A DNA stretch of 64,000 nt from Felis catus (Eukaryota), in the NCBI RefSeq assembly GCF_018350175.1, contig NC_058369.1, positions 20,338,001-20,402,000 of the forward strand, in the 5' to 3' direction. Below, piece after piece: positions 39,301-49,561 of the stretch. The position numbers were made by a program, and so were the translations under genes. Numbering within the stretch: position 1 is the stretch's first letter; every line of letters begins with the position of its first letter. Below the pieces are notes generated by a model that was not told where the DNA came from, did not search any database, and worked only from the letters and a program-made list of their open reading frames with translations.

Positions 39301-40970
39301 GGAGCACTTGGGTAGCTCACTCAGTTAAATGTCCAGCTCTTTTTAAATTTTTTATTTTATTTTATTTTATTTATTTTTTATATTTTAAAATTTACATCCA
39401 AGTTAGTTAGCATATAGTGCAACAATGATTTCAGGAGTAGATTCCTTAATGCCCTTTACCCATTTAGCCCATTCCCCCCTCCCACAACCCCTCCAGTAAC
39501 TCTCTGTTTGTTCTCCTTATTTAAGAGTCTCTTATGTTTTGTCCCCCCCCCCCCATTTTATATTATTTTTACTTCCCTTCCTTTGTGTTCATCTGTTCTG
39601 TGTCTTAAAGACCTCATATGAGTGAAGTCATATGATATTTGTCTTCCTCTGACTAATTTTGCTTAGCATAATACCCTCTGGTTCCATCCACATTGTTGCA
39701 AATGGCAAGATCTCATTCTTTTTGATTGCCGAGTAATACTCCATTGTGTATATATACCACATCTTCTTTATCCATTCATCCATCAGTGGACATTTGGGCT
39801 CTTTCCATACTTCGGCTGTTGTTGATAGTGCTGCTGTAAACATTAGGGTGCATGTGTCCCTTCGAAACAGCATACTTGTATCCCTTGGATAAATGCCTAG
39901 TAGTACAATTGCTGGGTCGTAGGGTAGTTCTATTTTTAATTTTTTGAGGAATCTCCATACGTTTTCCAGAGTGGCTGCACCAGTTTGCATTCCCACCAGC
40001 AGTGCAAAAGAGATCGATCCTCTTTCTCCACATCCTCGCCAACATCTGTTGTTGCCCGAGTTGTTAATGTTAGCCATTCTGACAGGTGTGAGGTGGTATC
40101 TCATTGTGGCTTTGATTTGTATTTTCCGGAAGATGAGTGATGTTGAACATTTTTTCATGTGTCAGTCGGCCATCTGGATGTCTTCTTTGGAGAAGTGTCT
40201 ATTCATGTCTTTTGCCCATTTCTTCACTGGATTATTTGTTATTTGGGTGTTGAGTTGGATAAGTTCTTTATAGATTTTGGATACTGACCCTTTATCTGGT
40301 ATGTCCTTTGCAAATATCTTTTCCCATTCTGTCGGGTGCCTTTTAGTTTTGCTGATTGTTTCCTTCACTGTGCAGAAGCTTTTTCTTTTGATGAGGTCCC
40401 AGTAGTTCATTTTTGCTTTTGTTTCCCTTGCCTCCGGAGACGTGTTGAGTAAGAAGTTGCTGCAGCCGAGATCAAAGAGGTTTTTTCCTGCTTTCTCCTC
40501 GAGGATTTTGATGGCTTCCTGTCTTACTTTTAGGTCTTTCATCCATTTTGAGTTTATTTTTGTGTATGGTGTAAGAAAGTGGTCGAGGTTCATTCTTCTG
40601 CATGTCGTTGTCCAGTTTTCCCAGCACCACTTGCTGAAGAGACTGTCTTTATTCCACTGGATATTTTTTCCTGCTTTGTCAAAGATTAGTTGGCTATACG
40701 TTTGTGGGTCCATTTCTGGGTTCTCTGTTCTGTTCCATTGATCTGAGTGTCTGTTTTTGTGCCAGTACCATACTGTCTTGATGATAACAGCTTTGTAGTA
40801 CAGCTTGAAGTCCACCAACTCTTGATTTTAGCTCAGGTCATGATCTCATGGTTCGTGAGACTGAGCTCTGTGCTGACAGAAGCATTCTTGGGATTCTCTC
40901 TCCCTCCCTCTCTGCCCCTTCCTCTCACTCTCTCTCAAAATAAATAAATAAACATTAAAAACAATTAAAA
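39301..40970 (+). mobile_element. Older Can-SINE split by L1 copy B (39301-39341 and ~40815-40970)
   Basis: Head GGAGCACTTGGGTAGCTCACTCAGTTAAATGTCC; remainder CTTGATTTTAGCTCAGGTCATGATC...AATAAA. Confidence 0.92.
39342..40813 (-). mobile_element. 5'-truncated felid L1 (copy B) inserted into a Can-SINE
   Basis: ORF2 fragments 40162-40818 and 39628-40158. TSD CCAGCTCTT (39333-39341) / CCAACTCTT (40815-40823). Host SINE sequence resumes on both sides. Confidence 0.97.
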
Positions 40971-41485
40971 TAATAAATTCAATATGTATTAAATAATTTT
41001 TAATGAAAAATAATTGTTTTCCAAAAGAAAAAAATTAGAAGAGTTGAATTGTTTGACACATTTGAAAATTTGAAAATGTCTGATTGAATAGAGATAGCGA
41101 GATCCTCAGATCTGCTTCTACATATAATTTGTTGTCACTTATTGTTTTGTTAATTTACTGTATTGTAGAAGTAGATGAAGAAGGCAGGTGGAAAACGGAT
41201 GAGTGTTTTAATAGCCTTTTCAGGTAATTGTGGGTATTCTTTAATACTGTATCTAAACTCTGACAAGTGGTAGTTTCTTCAAGGTTAATTGTAATATGGA
41301 ATTCAAAACCACATCCAGGAACTTCTTGTATTCTATTACATTAAAATCCATTGGTCTGTCTTGCACTTCGGATGGTTCTTTAACCCATGTATGATTTTGA
41401 CTTTGTGGCTCCCTTGAAAGTGTCTTCAGGACCCCAGGGGTCCCTGGACCATCCTTTGAGAACTGCTGTCTTAGAATCTGGAAGG

Positions 41486-41720
41486 GGGGCGCCTGGGTGG
41501 CTCAGTCGGTTGAGCGTCCGACTTCAGCTCAGGTCACGATCTCGCGGTCCGTGAGTTCGAGCCCCGCATCGGGCTCTGGGCTGATGGCTCAGAGCCTGGA
41601 GCCTGCTTCCGATTCTGTGTCTCCCTCTCTCTCTGCCCCTCCCCCAATCATGCTCTGTCTCTCTCTGTCTCAAAAATAAATAGACGTTAAAAAAAAAAAA
41701 TTAAAAAAAAAAAAAAAAAA
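41486..41720 (+). mobile_element. Young CpG-rich felid SINE
   Basis: Long A tail; perfect TSD AGAATCTGGAAGG (41473-41485, 41721-41733). Confidence 0.96.
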
Positions 41721-41863
41721 AGAATCTGGAAGGGATCTTGAAGATGAACTAGAGTCCATCTCTCTCCTGGCTAGAATAAGAGGTGTAATGGAAGCTGAGG
41801 GAGAACTGATTTGACCAAGGTCATGCAGCTAGTTTCCCATAGAGCTATGGCTAGAATTTAGGG

Positions 41864-42078
41864 TTTTGTTTTGTTTTGTTTTGTTTTCTCTTTTAAGAGA
41901 GACAGAGACAGCTTGAGAGGGGGAGGGGCAGAGAGAGAGGGAGAGAGAGAATCCCAAGCAGGCTTTGCACTGTCAGCACAGAACCTGATATGGGGCTCAA
42001 ACCCACACACCATGAGATCATGACCTGAGCCGAAACCCAAGAATCAGACGCTTAACCACTGAGCCACCTAGGCATCCC
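41864..42078 (-). mobile_element. Can-SINE
   Basis: Can-SINE motifs; (TTTTG)n tail. Confidence 0.93.
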
Positions 42079-43645
42079 TGGAATTAAGATTTCTTGACTG
42101 ATTCTGTAAACATGGCTCCAGTGCCTCTGTTGTGCTTTGTGCTGAGTCCCTGGGCCTGGCCCCACTGCATTGGCTTTTGGGGAGAGTTGTCTCCTGTGGC
42201 TTTCCTCCTTAGAGCCCTGAATGTTTTGTTCACCTTCTTTTCCTTATTTTGTCTTAATTAAGCTCCACATTGCCAAAAGTCTCATTAATAAAATATTTCA
42301 AGCTGTGTCACTTTCTAGCTCTGTACCTGCTTTGTGTGTATTAAATGTGTTCTTAAGTGACTGAAAGGTTATTAAAAGGCATTTGGACTACATGTATGCA
42401 TTGGGCTTTTGTCTTGCCCAGGAAAGGTGTTTTGAAATAATTTCAGAGATCCACAGTTGATCTCTCAGCAGACTGGAAGAATCTTGTTGATACCCTGTGA
42501 GTACTGGAAATGGACTGAACTCTTTTTTTAAAAAGTCTTTGAATTATATAAATTGCTTGACTAATGTGTTTCTTTGAAGTGTTGCCTAAAGTTTTAGACT
42601 GAATGTTTTCATGCTTTTAAGACTTCATACCCCTTGCAAATTAGCATAAATGCATGGTTTTGTTTATACTCTTAATGGAAAAAGAGGTGTACATGGCACT
42701 CACTGTGGAATTGCTTTGAGATAATTTGAGAAAATTTAATACAACTCAAGGTTACCAAAATTAATGAGGACATGGCAGTTTGGAATGGTTTCTTTTATAT
42801 CAAACATAGCATCAGGATGCTGCCGAGGACCTCTGAAATTGCATGGGCTGCCCCACAGTGGTGAGGCAGTATGTGCCCACAGTTCTATGATTTTAGTGTG
42901 CACTCTCCAAGCATGGTCTGCTTTGTGAACAAAGGCTTTGCTAGTATGTGTGTGTGTCTTTGTGTTTTTCTCTCCTGTGTATTCTCCTCCCCAGGGGTGT
43001 GTCTTAGGGCTGTGTCCGCATGATTAATTTCACTGATTCTTAGCCAGGCACCACTCTATAGACAGGTGACATTGTTTTTGAACTTAGCAGGGCAGAGGAA
43101 CCAAATTTTCCTTTACTCTCAAGGCTGTAAGGGGCTGGCCTGGGATTGGCTGTGGGTTTCTTCATAACTATATATAGTCTCTTTTAGCAAACACAATATA
43201 TTAAACTGTAGACCTTAACATATTACTTAGGGATTGGATATTTACTTTTCAGAGTGATTCTTTTTAGAGTTTCTTTAAATAGCTAGTTCTCTAGTTTCAT
43301 TAAGATAGAATTTGATTCCCAGAATTTGCTTTGTAGGAATACAGATCCTCATTAAGGTGTAGCACACCCATAATCACTCTCCTAGCGCTCCTCTTCCCTG
43401 GAGGTTGAGGCAGTGTTTCACATGGGCTGAGGAGCAAATGAGGGAGATACATTTTTTTCCTTATCACCTTTTTCCTCACCTCTAACAGTTCTACTGAGAG
43501 CTGATTTCTTGAATCAGGCTGTGTTTGAAAGGCTCTGCCCACATGGAAGTGTTTGTATGTGTGGATACCCTTATAGACAGAATGTAATTGACTGTGCTGC
43601 TGCCCCCCAAGGTTAACTATTCCTCTGACATTTTCCCTTTGTTGC

Positions 43646-44615
43646 TTTTTTTGGTTTTTGGTTTTTGATGTTTATTTATTTTGAGAGAGCGCGCATGCAT
43701 GTGCATAAGCAGGGGAGGGGCAGAGAGAAAGGGAGAGAGAGAGTCCTAAGCAGGCTCCATGCTGTAAGCCCAGAGGCTGAACCGTGAGATCATGACCTGA
43801 GCTGAGATCAAGGGTCAGACACTTAACCAACTGAGCCACCTGGGCATCCCTGTTGCTTTTTTGAAGGAGATCAGTAACAGCAAAACCTGCCCTTTGAGTC
43901 GTTGGTATGATTTTGAAGAGTGGAGAAAATTCATTTGTGTCATCTCTGTAAAGAAATTTTAGTGGCTCTTGCAAGGTAGGGAAAGAGAATAACCAAATTT
44001 GGTGGGATTTAAGAAATCTATCACTCTCCACTTTATTCTGTTATGGGCATCTGATGGCCTGGGTAATATTTTATTTTTAAATAATTTTATTTTTTTATTT
44101 TAACATTTATTTATTTTTGAGAGACAGAGACAGAGCGCGAGCAGGGGAGGGGCAGAGAGAGAGAGGGAGACACAGAATCTGAAGTAGGCTCCATGCTCTG
44201 AGCTATCAGCACAGAGCCTAATGTGGGGCTTGAACCCACAAACCACAAGATCATGACCTGAGCTGAGGTCAGACACTTAACTGACTGAGCCACCCAGGTA
44301 CCCCTGGCCTGGGTACTATTTTAAAATGTCCTGTACTTAAAATGTTTTGAGTAGAGGCCTGGACCAATGTCTCAAATTCTAGTAGTATGTGTGGTTGTTG
44401 ATTTTTTTTTTAAGTGTTTTTTTATTTTTAAGAGAGAGAGAGAGAGAGACAGAGCTTGAGTGGGGTAGGGACAGAGAGAGAGGGAGGGAGATACAGAATC
44501 CGAAGGCTTTGAGGTGTCAGCACAGAGCCCGATGCAGGGCTCGAACTCACAAACTGTGAGATCATGACCTGAGCTGAAGTCGTATGCTTGACTGACTGAG
44601 CCACCCAGGCACCCC
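43646..44615 (-). mobile_element. Three antisense Can-SINEs (~43646-43850, 44070-44305, 44402-44615)
   Basis: TSDs TGTTGCTTTTTTG, TGGCCTGGGTA and TGGTTGTTGAT. Confidence 0.93.
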
Positions 44616-46894
44616 TGGTTGTTGATGTTTAATTGATATTTGCTTCTATCTATTAGGAGCTTGGGACTGAGGTTATTTTGAAGATGTTTGTTAACTAGGT
44701 TTACAGGAGGCTTCTCATTATTATTGTTTACCTCTAAGTGATTGTCATTCTTCCACAACCACACAATTTCTTCTCTGAAATGACAGACATTCAGATTACA
44801 TTAAGGTACTTGCTAATTAAAAATTGTATTCTAAAAGCCACTCCATAATCAACCAAACACACTGTAAGCAAAACACTTATCTCAAGCAGTCTAGGATGAA
44901 CCAGAGGGGTTATGCTGATTATAAACATTGACTTCCACATACAGAGTAGCTGCTGTTGAGTTATCATCATTACTCATCTTCAGAATAATTTTCATTTCCA
45001 AAGCTGCTGACATCTAATTGATTTACTACTTCCTTTCAAAACCTAATGAACTTAAAGATATAGGATAGTTATTCCCTGAGAAATTTGGAATTTGTCACTC
45101 AGTGAATGGTGACTCAGCATTAGTTATATTAATTTGTATTTGTGGAACACCTTTTTTCCCTGTGCCTTAATATACTTTGTGCGTGTTTTGGAAGTGCGTT
45201 ATTAATGCAAAAATTTTAATTTTATTACTAAATCATTTCATAGATTTTTTTTTGGTTTCATTGTCTTGAGAGGCTAAGTGCATGACCCACCAGGACACAT
45301 ACACACTCATAATTCCTGTGGCTTTTAGCTAAACAGTCTTGAACTTAAATTCTAGCTTTCTAGAACTCTAAAGGATCCAGTTTACTTCATTTTGTTTCAG
45401 GAGGACATAAAAATTCTGTTTCAAATTGTGTCTGGACCTTAATAAGAGATTTCAGTTCTGCAATAGTTTTTGTGTTGAATAGAGACTTGTATTTTAGTTT
45501 TTATTTTGGGAGATGGGAGGAATTTTAGGATAACCTGATTGTGGATGTGGTTGTCTGTAGCAGTTTGTCATATAAAAGATTATTTATTTTGTGTTCTTCC
45601 TCCACATTTTATTATGAAAAATTTGAAATATACAGAAAAATGAAAAGAATTGGTCAGTGAATCTTTATGTTAACATTTTGCTATATTTGCTTTATCTCAG
45701 AGCAGTCTTTACCTTGTTTTTGTCCCCCTCAAGAAGAAATGACTTTTATAGCTGATAGTAAAGTAGACCAAGTGAGAGCAAAAGAGTGAGACAGACAGAC
45801 ATGCACAGTGCCTGGCACATAGAAGAGTTAATAGAGCAAGTTGGCAAATGAGGGAGCGAACGTGAATGAATGAATTGATCTAAATAGGACGTGCTTCCAG
45901 CTCCAGGCCACAAAGAAACAGTTCTCAGCTAAATACCTGCCCTTAGGGATTTACTGTTTGGTCTGAAGGTGAGAAACCACAGAAGGCAAACCACTTTGCC
46001 GGGTAACCCATGTGAAGGCTTCAGTGAAGGTCAGCATAGTCAAGCATGGCTATTGGAGTTCAGAAGCAGGAATATGATCCCAGAAGACTGGGGCAGTTGA
46101 CCAAGACTTCTTGGAAGAAATGTAGCTGGAATTGGGCTAAGAGGTAGGACAGAACCTGAGAGCAGAGATGGGCGCAGGGGCATTCTGGCCCATGGGGAGC
46201 CTGAGGTTCCCCACATACTTGGGAGGAGTGGGAGTGTGCTAAACAGCCAGCTGCCTGCTGGAAGCCTTCTATTCAGGTGGTTAGAGAGTGGACTGCCTTC
46301 TGGGTAGTGCTCCAAGGCAGGACCTGGCCCTGCTCTAGGCAGTACCCACTCACTCCCTGTTCCTTGAGTACTCCCAGTTACTCTCACTCCTGGGCTCTGC
46401 CCTTGCTGCTCACTCTCCATAGAACACACTCTCCCCAGATGTCTGTGTGTCTCCCTCTTCTTCTGGCCTCTGTTCAATGAGAACTTCTCTCTGATCTCTT
46501 TCTGGCGTGCACCAGCTTCTTAGCACTGCCCAACATGCTTCCTACTGTGTCCCCAAAGCCTAGTATAGTGCCTGTGATTATATATCTATAATGTGTATTT
46601 GTATATGTATGGATAAATAGAAATATAGAGAGTTGATGCTCAGGAAGTTGAAGGAATGAACAAATGGTAATTCTGAGGCATAGAGTGTGTTTGGTCACTT
46701 TAAGATATTTTCATGTCCAAGCAGCTAAGAGAAACTTGAGCTTCCCAGGGTTAGTGCACTTGTGAGGAAGGTGGAGATTCGGGTATGGTTAGCTTGCCCT
46801 TCCAGGGCATTCATCCTTGGCATTTTCTCTTTGAAAGAATCCTGTTCCTAAGTGAAGCCCTTGGTGATTCTGATGCCTCTTTTCTTTCTTTCAG

Positions 46895-46948
46895 GACCCC
46901 TGCAGTGTACCATGAGTCGGTAATGCCCACTGAGGACCTCTGGGAGCC
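46895..46948 (+). other. RAD54L2: 5' UTR portion (54 nt) of the first coding exon of RAD54L2
   Basis: Branch-like CTGAT, then polypyrimidine tract cctcttttctttcttt and CAG|GACCCC acceptor. An in-frame TGA at 46913-46915 lies upstream of the main ATG. Confidence 0.9.
46912..46923 (+). promoter_or_regulatory. uORF1 (ATG AGT CGG TAA; M-S-R-stop)
   Basis: Read directly; A at -3 (TACC-ATG-A). Function not shown. Confidence 0.6.
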
Positions 46949-47087
46949 ATGTCAGACGAATCCGCCTCAGGGAGCGATCCAGACCTGGACCCGGACGTGG
47001 AGCTGGAGGATGCGGAAGAGGAGGAGGAGGAGGAGGAAGTGGCAGTGGAGGAGCACGGCAGGGATGACGCGGAAGACCTACTGGATG
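46923..47087 (+). promoter_or_regulatory. Out-of-frame upstream ORF overlapping the RAD54L2 CDS (55 codons within the exon, still open at the donor)
   Basis: Its ATG overlaps the uORF1 stop (TAATG) and lies 26 nt upstream of the main ATG. Reads MPTEDLWEPC...RKRRRRRRKW...KTYWM with no stop before the splice donor. Confidence 0.5.
46949..47087 (+). CDS. RAD54L2: First coding exon of helicase ARIP4 / RAD54-like 2 (46 codons + 1 nt, phase-1 intron follows)
   Basis: GGGAGCC-ATG-T start. Translation MSDESASGSDPDLDPDVELEDAEEEEEEEEVAVEEHGRDDAEDLLD matches the recalled mammalian RAD54L2 N-terminus. Donor GATG|GTGAGT. Locally CpG- and purine-rich relative to the flanks. Confidence 0.95.
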
Positions 47088-48537
47088 GTGAGTGGCTCTA
47101 CTGAGTGACATGGGTTGTCTTTTCTTTTCTTTTCTTCTAGTGGATTTTTTGCTGGAAGAGCATGGTATTTCCAGTTGGATTTCTTAGGCCATCTATTGTG
47201 AGAAGGCAGACACTGGTTGCATAGCAACAATTAACTCATATGCTCTTTCTCAGGAAGTGAATTGTTGTTCCTCTATCTAGGCCTCACTTTAGTGCTGGAA
47301 GAACCTTTAGCATTTAACTCATCTTTGACAGACATGTGGATTCAGATTCAAAGATTTGAGAGTAGAGCATACTTGCCCGAGTCATGGAGAAATCAGTAGC
47401 AGAGTCCTTGTGGCAAGACTTTGTGGTCTGGGGGTCCTGGATTCATCAGATGGCTACAGGCAGGTGTGGGGGTAACCGTGAGTTTCCTGAAATTATATGC
47501 ACAATTCTGCTTGTATGGACATGAGGGGATTACCTAGGGAGAGATTCTCAGGTGAAAGGTACACAACTCCGGAAAGCTTATTGCATCTCCTGTGGTGCTG
47601 CTCTGCCTCCCAACCATCTCTAGTGACTATAGATTGCTTCTGATGGGAGAGAACTGCACCTTCATAGCTGGTAGACCCCCTCTGGACTCCTATTTGGCTC
47701 AACCCTTCCTTTGCCCCCAACTTGTTGAAGCGGCATTGACTTTTTCTTCTCTAGTCCACCGTGAGGTCATCTGGCTAGCCGTAGAGCTTCTCCGTTCATT
47801 CCAGCCTTGCATGGCATAGGATGGAGTTGTTTGCAAGCTTCCTGTTAACTGAGGAATAAACTTTTGTCTGTTGTTTATAACAGACCACACTAGTAGAACT
47901 AGGCAAATGTGCTACTATTCTTCTCTAGATTCTAGGAGAATGAACATCAATTCTGTTTCTTTGCTGCTGGTACTGTCTTCAGTTCTCATTCAGCCTGACA
48001 GTTGTCATGTGGTTCAGGGATCAGTTTTTCCTCATTTATACTGTTTAGGTAGTCTCTGCCCTATTTCCACTTCACCTCTGGCAGGGAAATTACCATTTTA
48101 TTTATTTATTTTTCCTGATATCATTTGCTGTCCACTGTAATTCAGTTGGAGTCACCCAAGATGGTACTGTAGTTCCTTTCTATATAAAGTAGAGTAAGTA
48201 GAAATAATGGAAGATAGTGTGTGCTGGCACGGTATACCATCATACTGCCTTGCTTTGATCTCATGGTTCTTAAGATGGCATTAGAGTGCCCCTGGTATCT
48301 GCATCACTTTTTGCTTTTTATCATTTGGGTTCTCAGAATTATATTTCAGCTACCCCCTAGATTCATGTCACGTTTAGATTGGATTTTAGATGTTGCTGGT
48401 GGGTATAATGGATATATACACACAGTTTTCCCTCTTGGCTTCTTGGAATTCTGGTTTCCTTGTTCGGTTCTTAATTATTAAGACAAAACAAAACATATCC
48501 TTCTGTGCACTTTATTATTTATTTAGAAGCGGCAAGA

Positions 48538-48594
48538 TTTTTTAAAATTATTTTTTAATGTTTATTAAAAAAATTGTTTTTAATGTTTATTTTT

Positions 48595-48638
<44 letters not shown>

Positions 48639-48792
48639 TTGTCTGTGAGAGAGGGAGACACAGAATCCAAAGCACGCTCCAGGCTCTGAGCTGACAGTAC
48701 AGAGCCTGATGCAGGACTCAAACTCAGAAACCGCAAGATCATGACCCGAGCTGAAGTTGGGTGCTTAACCAACTGAACCACTCAGGTGCCCC
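48538..48792 (-). mobile_element. Can-SINE with internal (GACA)n expansion
   Basis: Can-SINE motifs; TAGAAG(C/T)GG duplication. Confidence 0.93.
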
Positions 48793-49335
48793 TAGAAGTG
48801 GTGAGAATTTAATTGTGATTTGTCACAGCTGTGTAACTGGAGGGTTTTTTTTGTTTGTTTGTTTTTACTATTTATACAACTCTCAGATGAAACAATTTTT
48901 TAAAAATTTGAAATGACTTATTTTTATTGCCTTTAAAGTTCCGAGTGTTAAAGTGTTTGGTGGGTACTTTTTCTCTTGCCTTGCCAGGGTTATCTAACTT
49001 CTTGGAATTTGATTAAGTATCCTTTTGATGTTTCACTGTAGTGTAGAGCTGTGCTCACCCAGGCACTCCCAAATGGAAGTGATACTTGTGTTACTTGTGG
49101 CAATTCTGCCCCTGTTTTAGAGCTCACAGTTTTCCTGGTTCTCTCATTTTGAACACTATGAAATTTTGTTGAAACATCTGAGACCTGCCTGTCTGTTCAG
49201 TCTTGCCTTTCCTGCCTTGGCTTGCTGGTCATCTCACAACCTTAATGGGTAGAGCGGCCCGCTATTCTAAAATTAGGAATAGCTATGAATAGTCTTAGCT
49301 GGTATAGTGTGATGTGGCCTTTTGTGGTCTTGGAG

Positions 49336-49561
49336 CAGTCTTTCTCAACCTGGGATGATTTTACCTCCCAGGGGACAATTTACAACGTCTGAAAACAGTT
49401 TTGATTGTCACGACTTCTGGGAGGTGGGGGAGGAATGCTACTGGCATCTTGTGGGCAGAGACCAGGGATGCTGCTAAACATCCTACATTGCACAGGACAG
49501 CTCCGTCCTACACACAGTTATTGTGGCCAAATACCAATACTGCTGAGATTGAGAAACACTT
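49336..49561. mobile_element. MER20 (hAT-Charlie) element
   Basis: CAGTCTTTCTCAACC...CCAGGGGACA...TGCTACTGGCATCT..GCAGAGACCAGGGATGCTGCTAAACATCCTACATTGCACAGGACAGC...TTGAGAAACACT matches recalled MER20. Confidence 0.9.

Larger units (their letters stand above)
38899..41468. mobile_element. hAT Charlie2-like DNA transposon fossil hosting nested SINE/L1 insertions
   Basis: Left end TTTCAAACTATTTGGTCTCAGGATCCTTTTATACTCTTAAAAAATTATTGAAGATCCC; right end GGACCCCAGGGGTCCCTGGACCATCCTTTGAGAACTGCTG. Approximate 8-bp TSD TCTAAGAC / TCTTAGAA. Confidence 0.8.
1795..46894 (+). other. RAD54L2: ~45.1-kb intron within the RAD54L2 5' UTR
   Basis: GT at 1795 and AG at 46893-46894; no other convincing exon seen in between. 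Depends on the 1733-1794 exon call. Confidence 0.65.

Noticed and set aside
23135..40813. Segmental duplication as the explanation for the L1 A/B identity
   Set aside because: Identity is confined to the L1 interior; flanks, TSDs, hosts and truncation points differ.
46040..46477. 145-aa minus-strand ORF near the coding exon
   Set aside because: No recognisable domain or splice structure; non-ATG start; partly over L2-like degenerate sequence.
46785..47108. 107-aa + strand ORF as an independent gene
   Set aside because: It starts in the intron and runs through the polypyrimidine tract. Only the part from ATG 46923 could be in spliced mRNA, and that is reported as the overlapping uORF.
46848..47111. 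87-aa Pro-rich minus-strand ORF
   Set aside because: Antisense shadow of the GAG-rich coding exon; no independent support.
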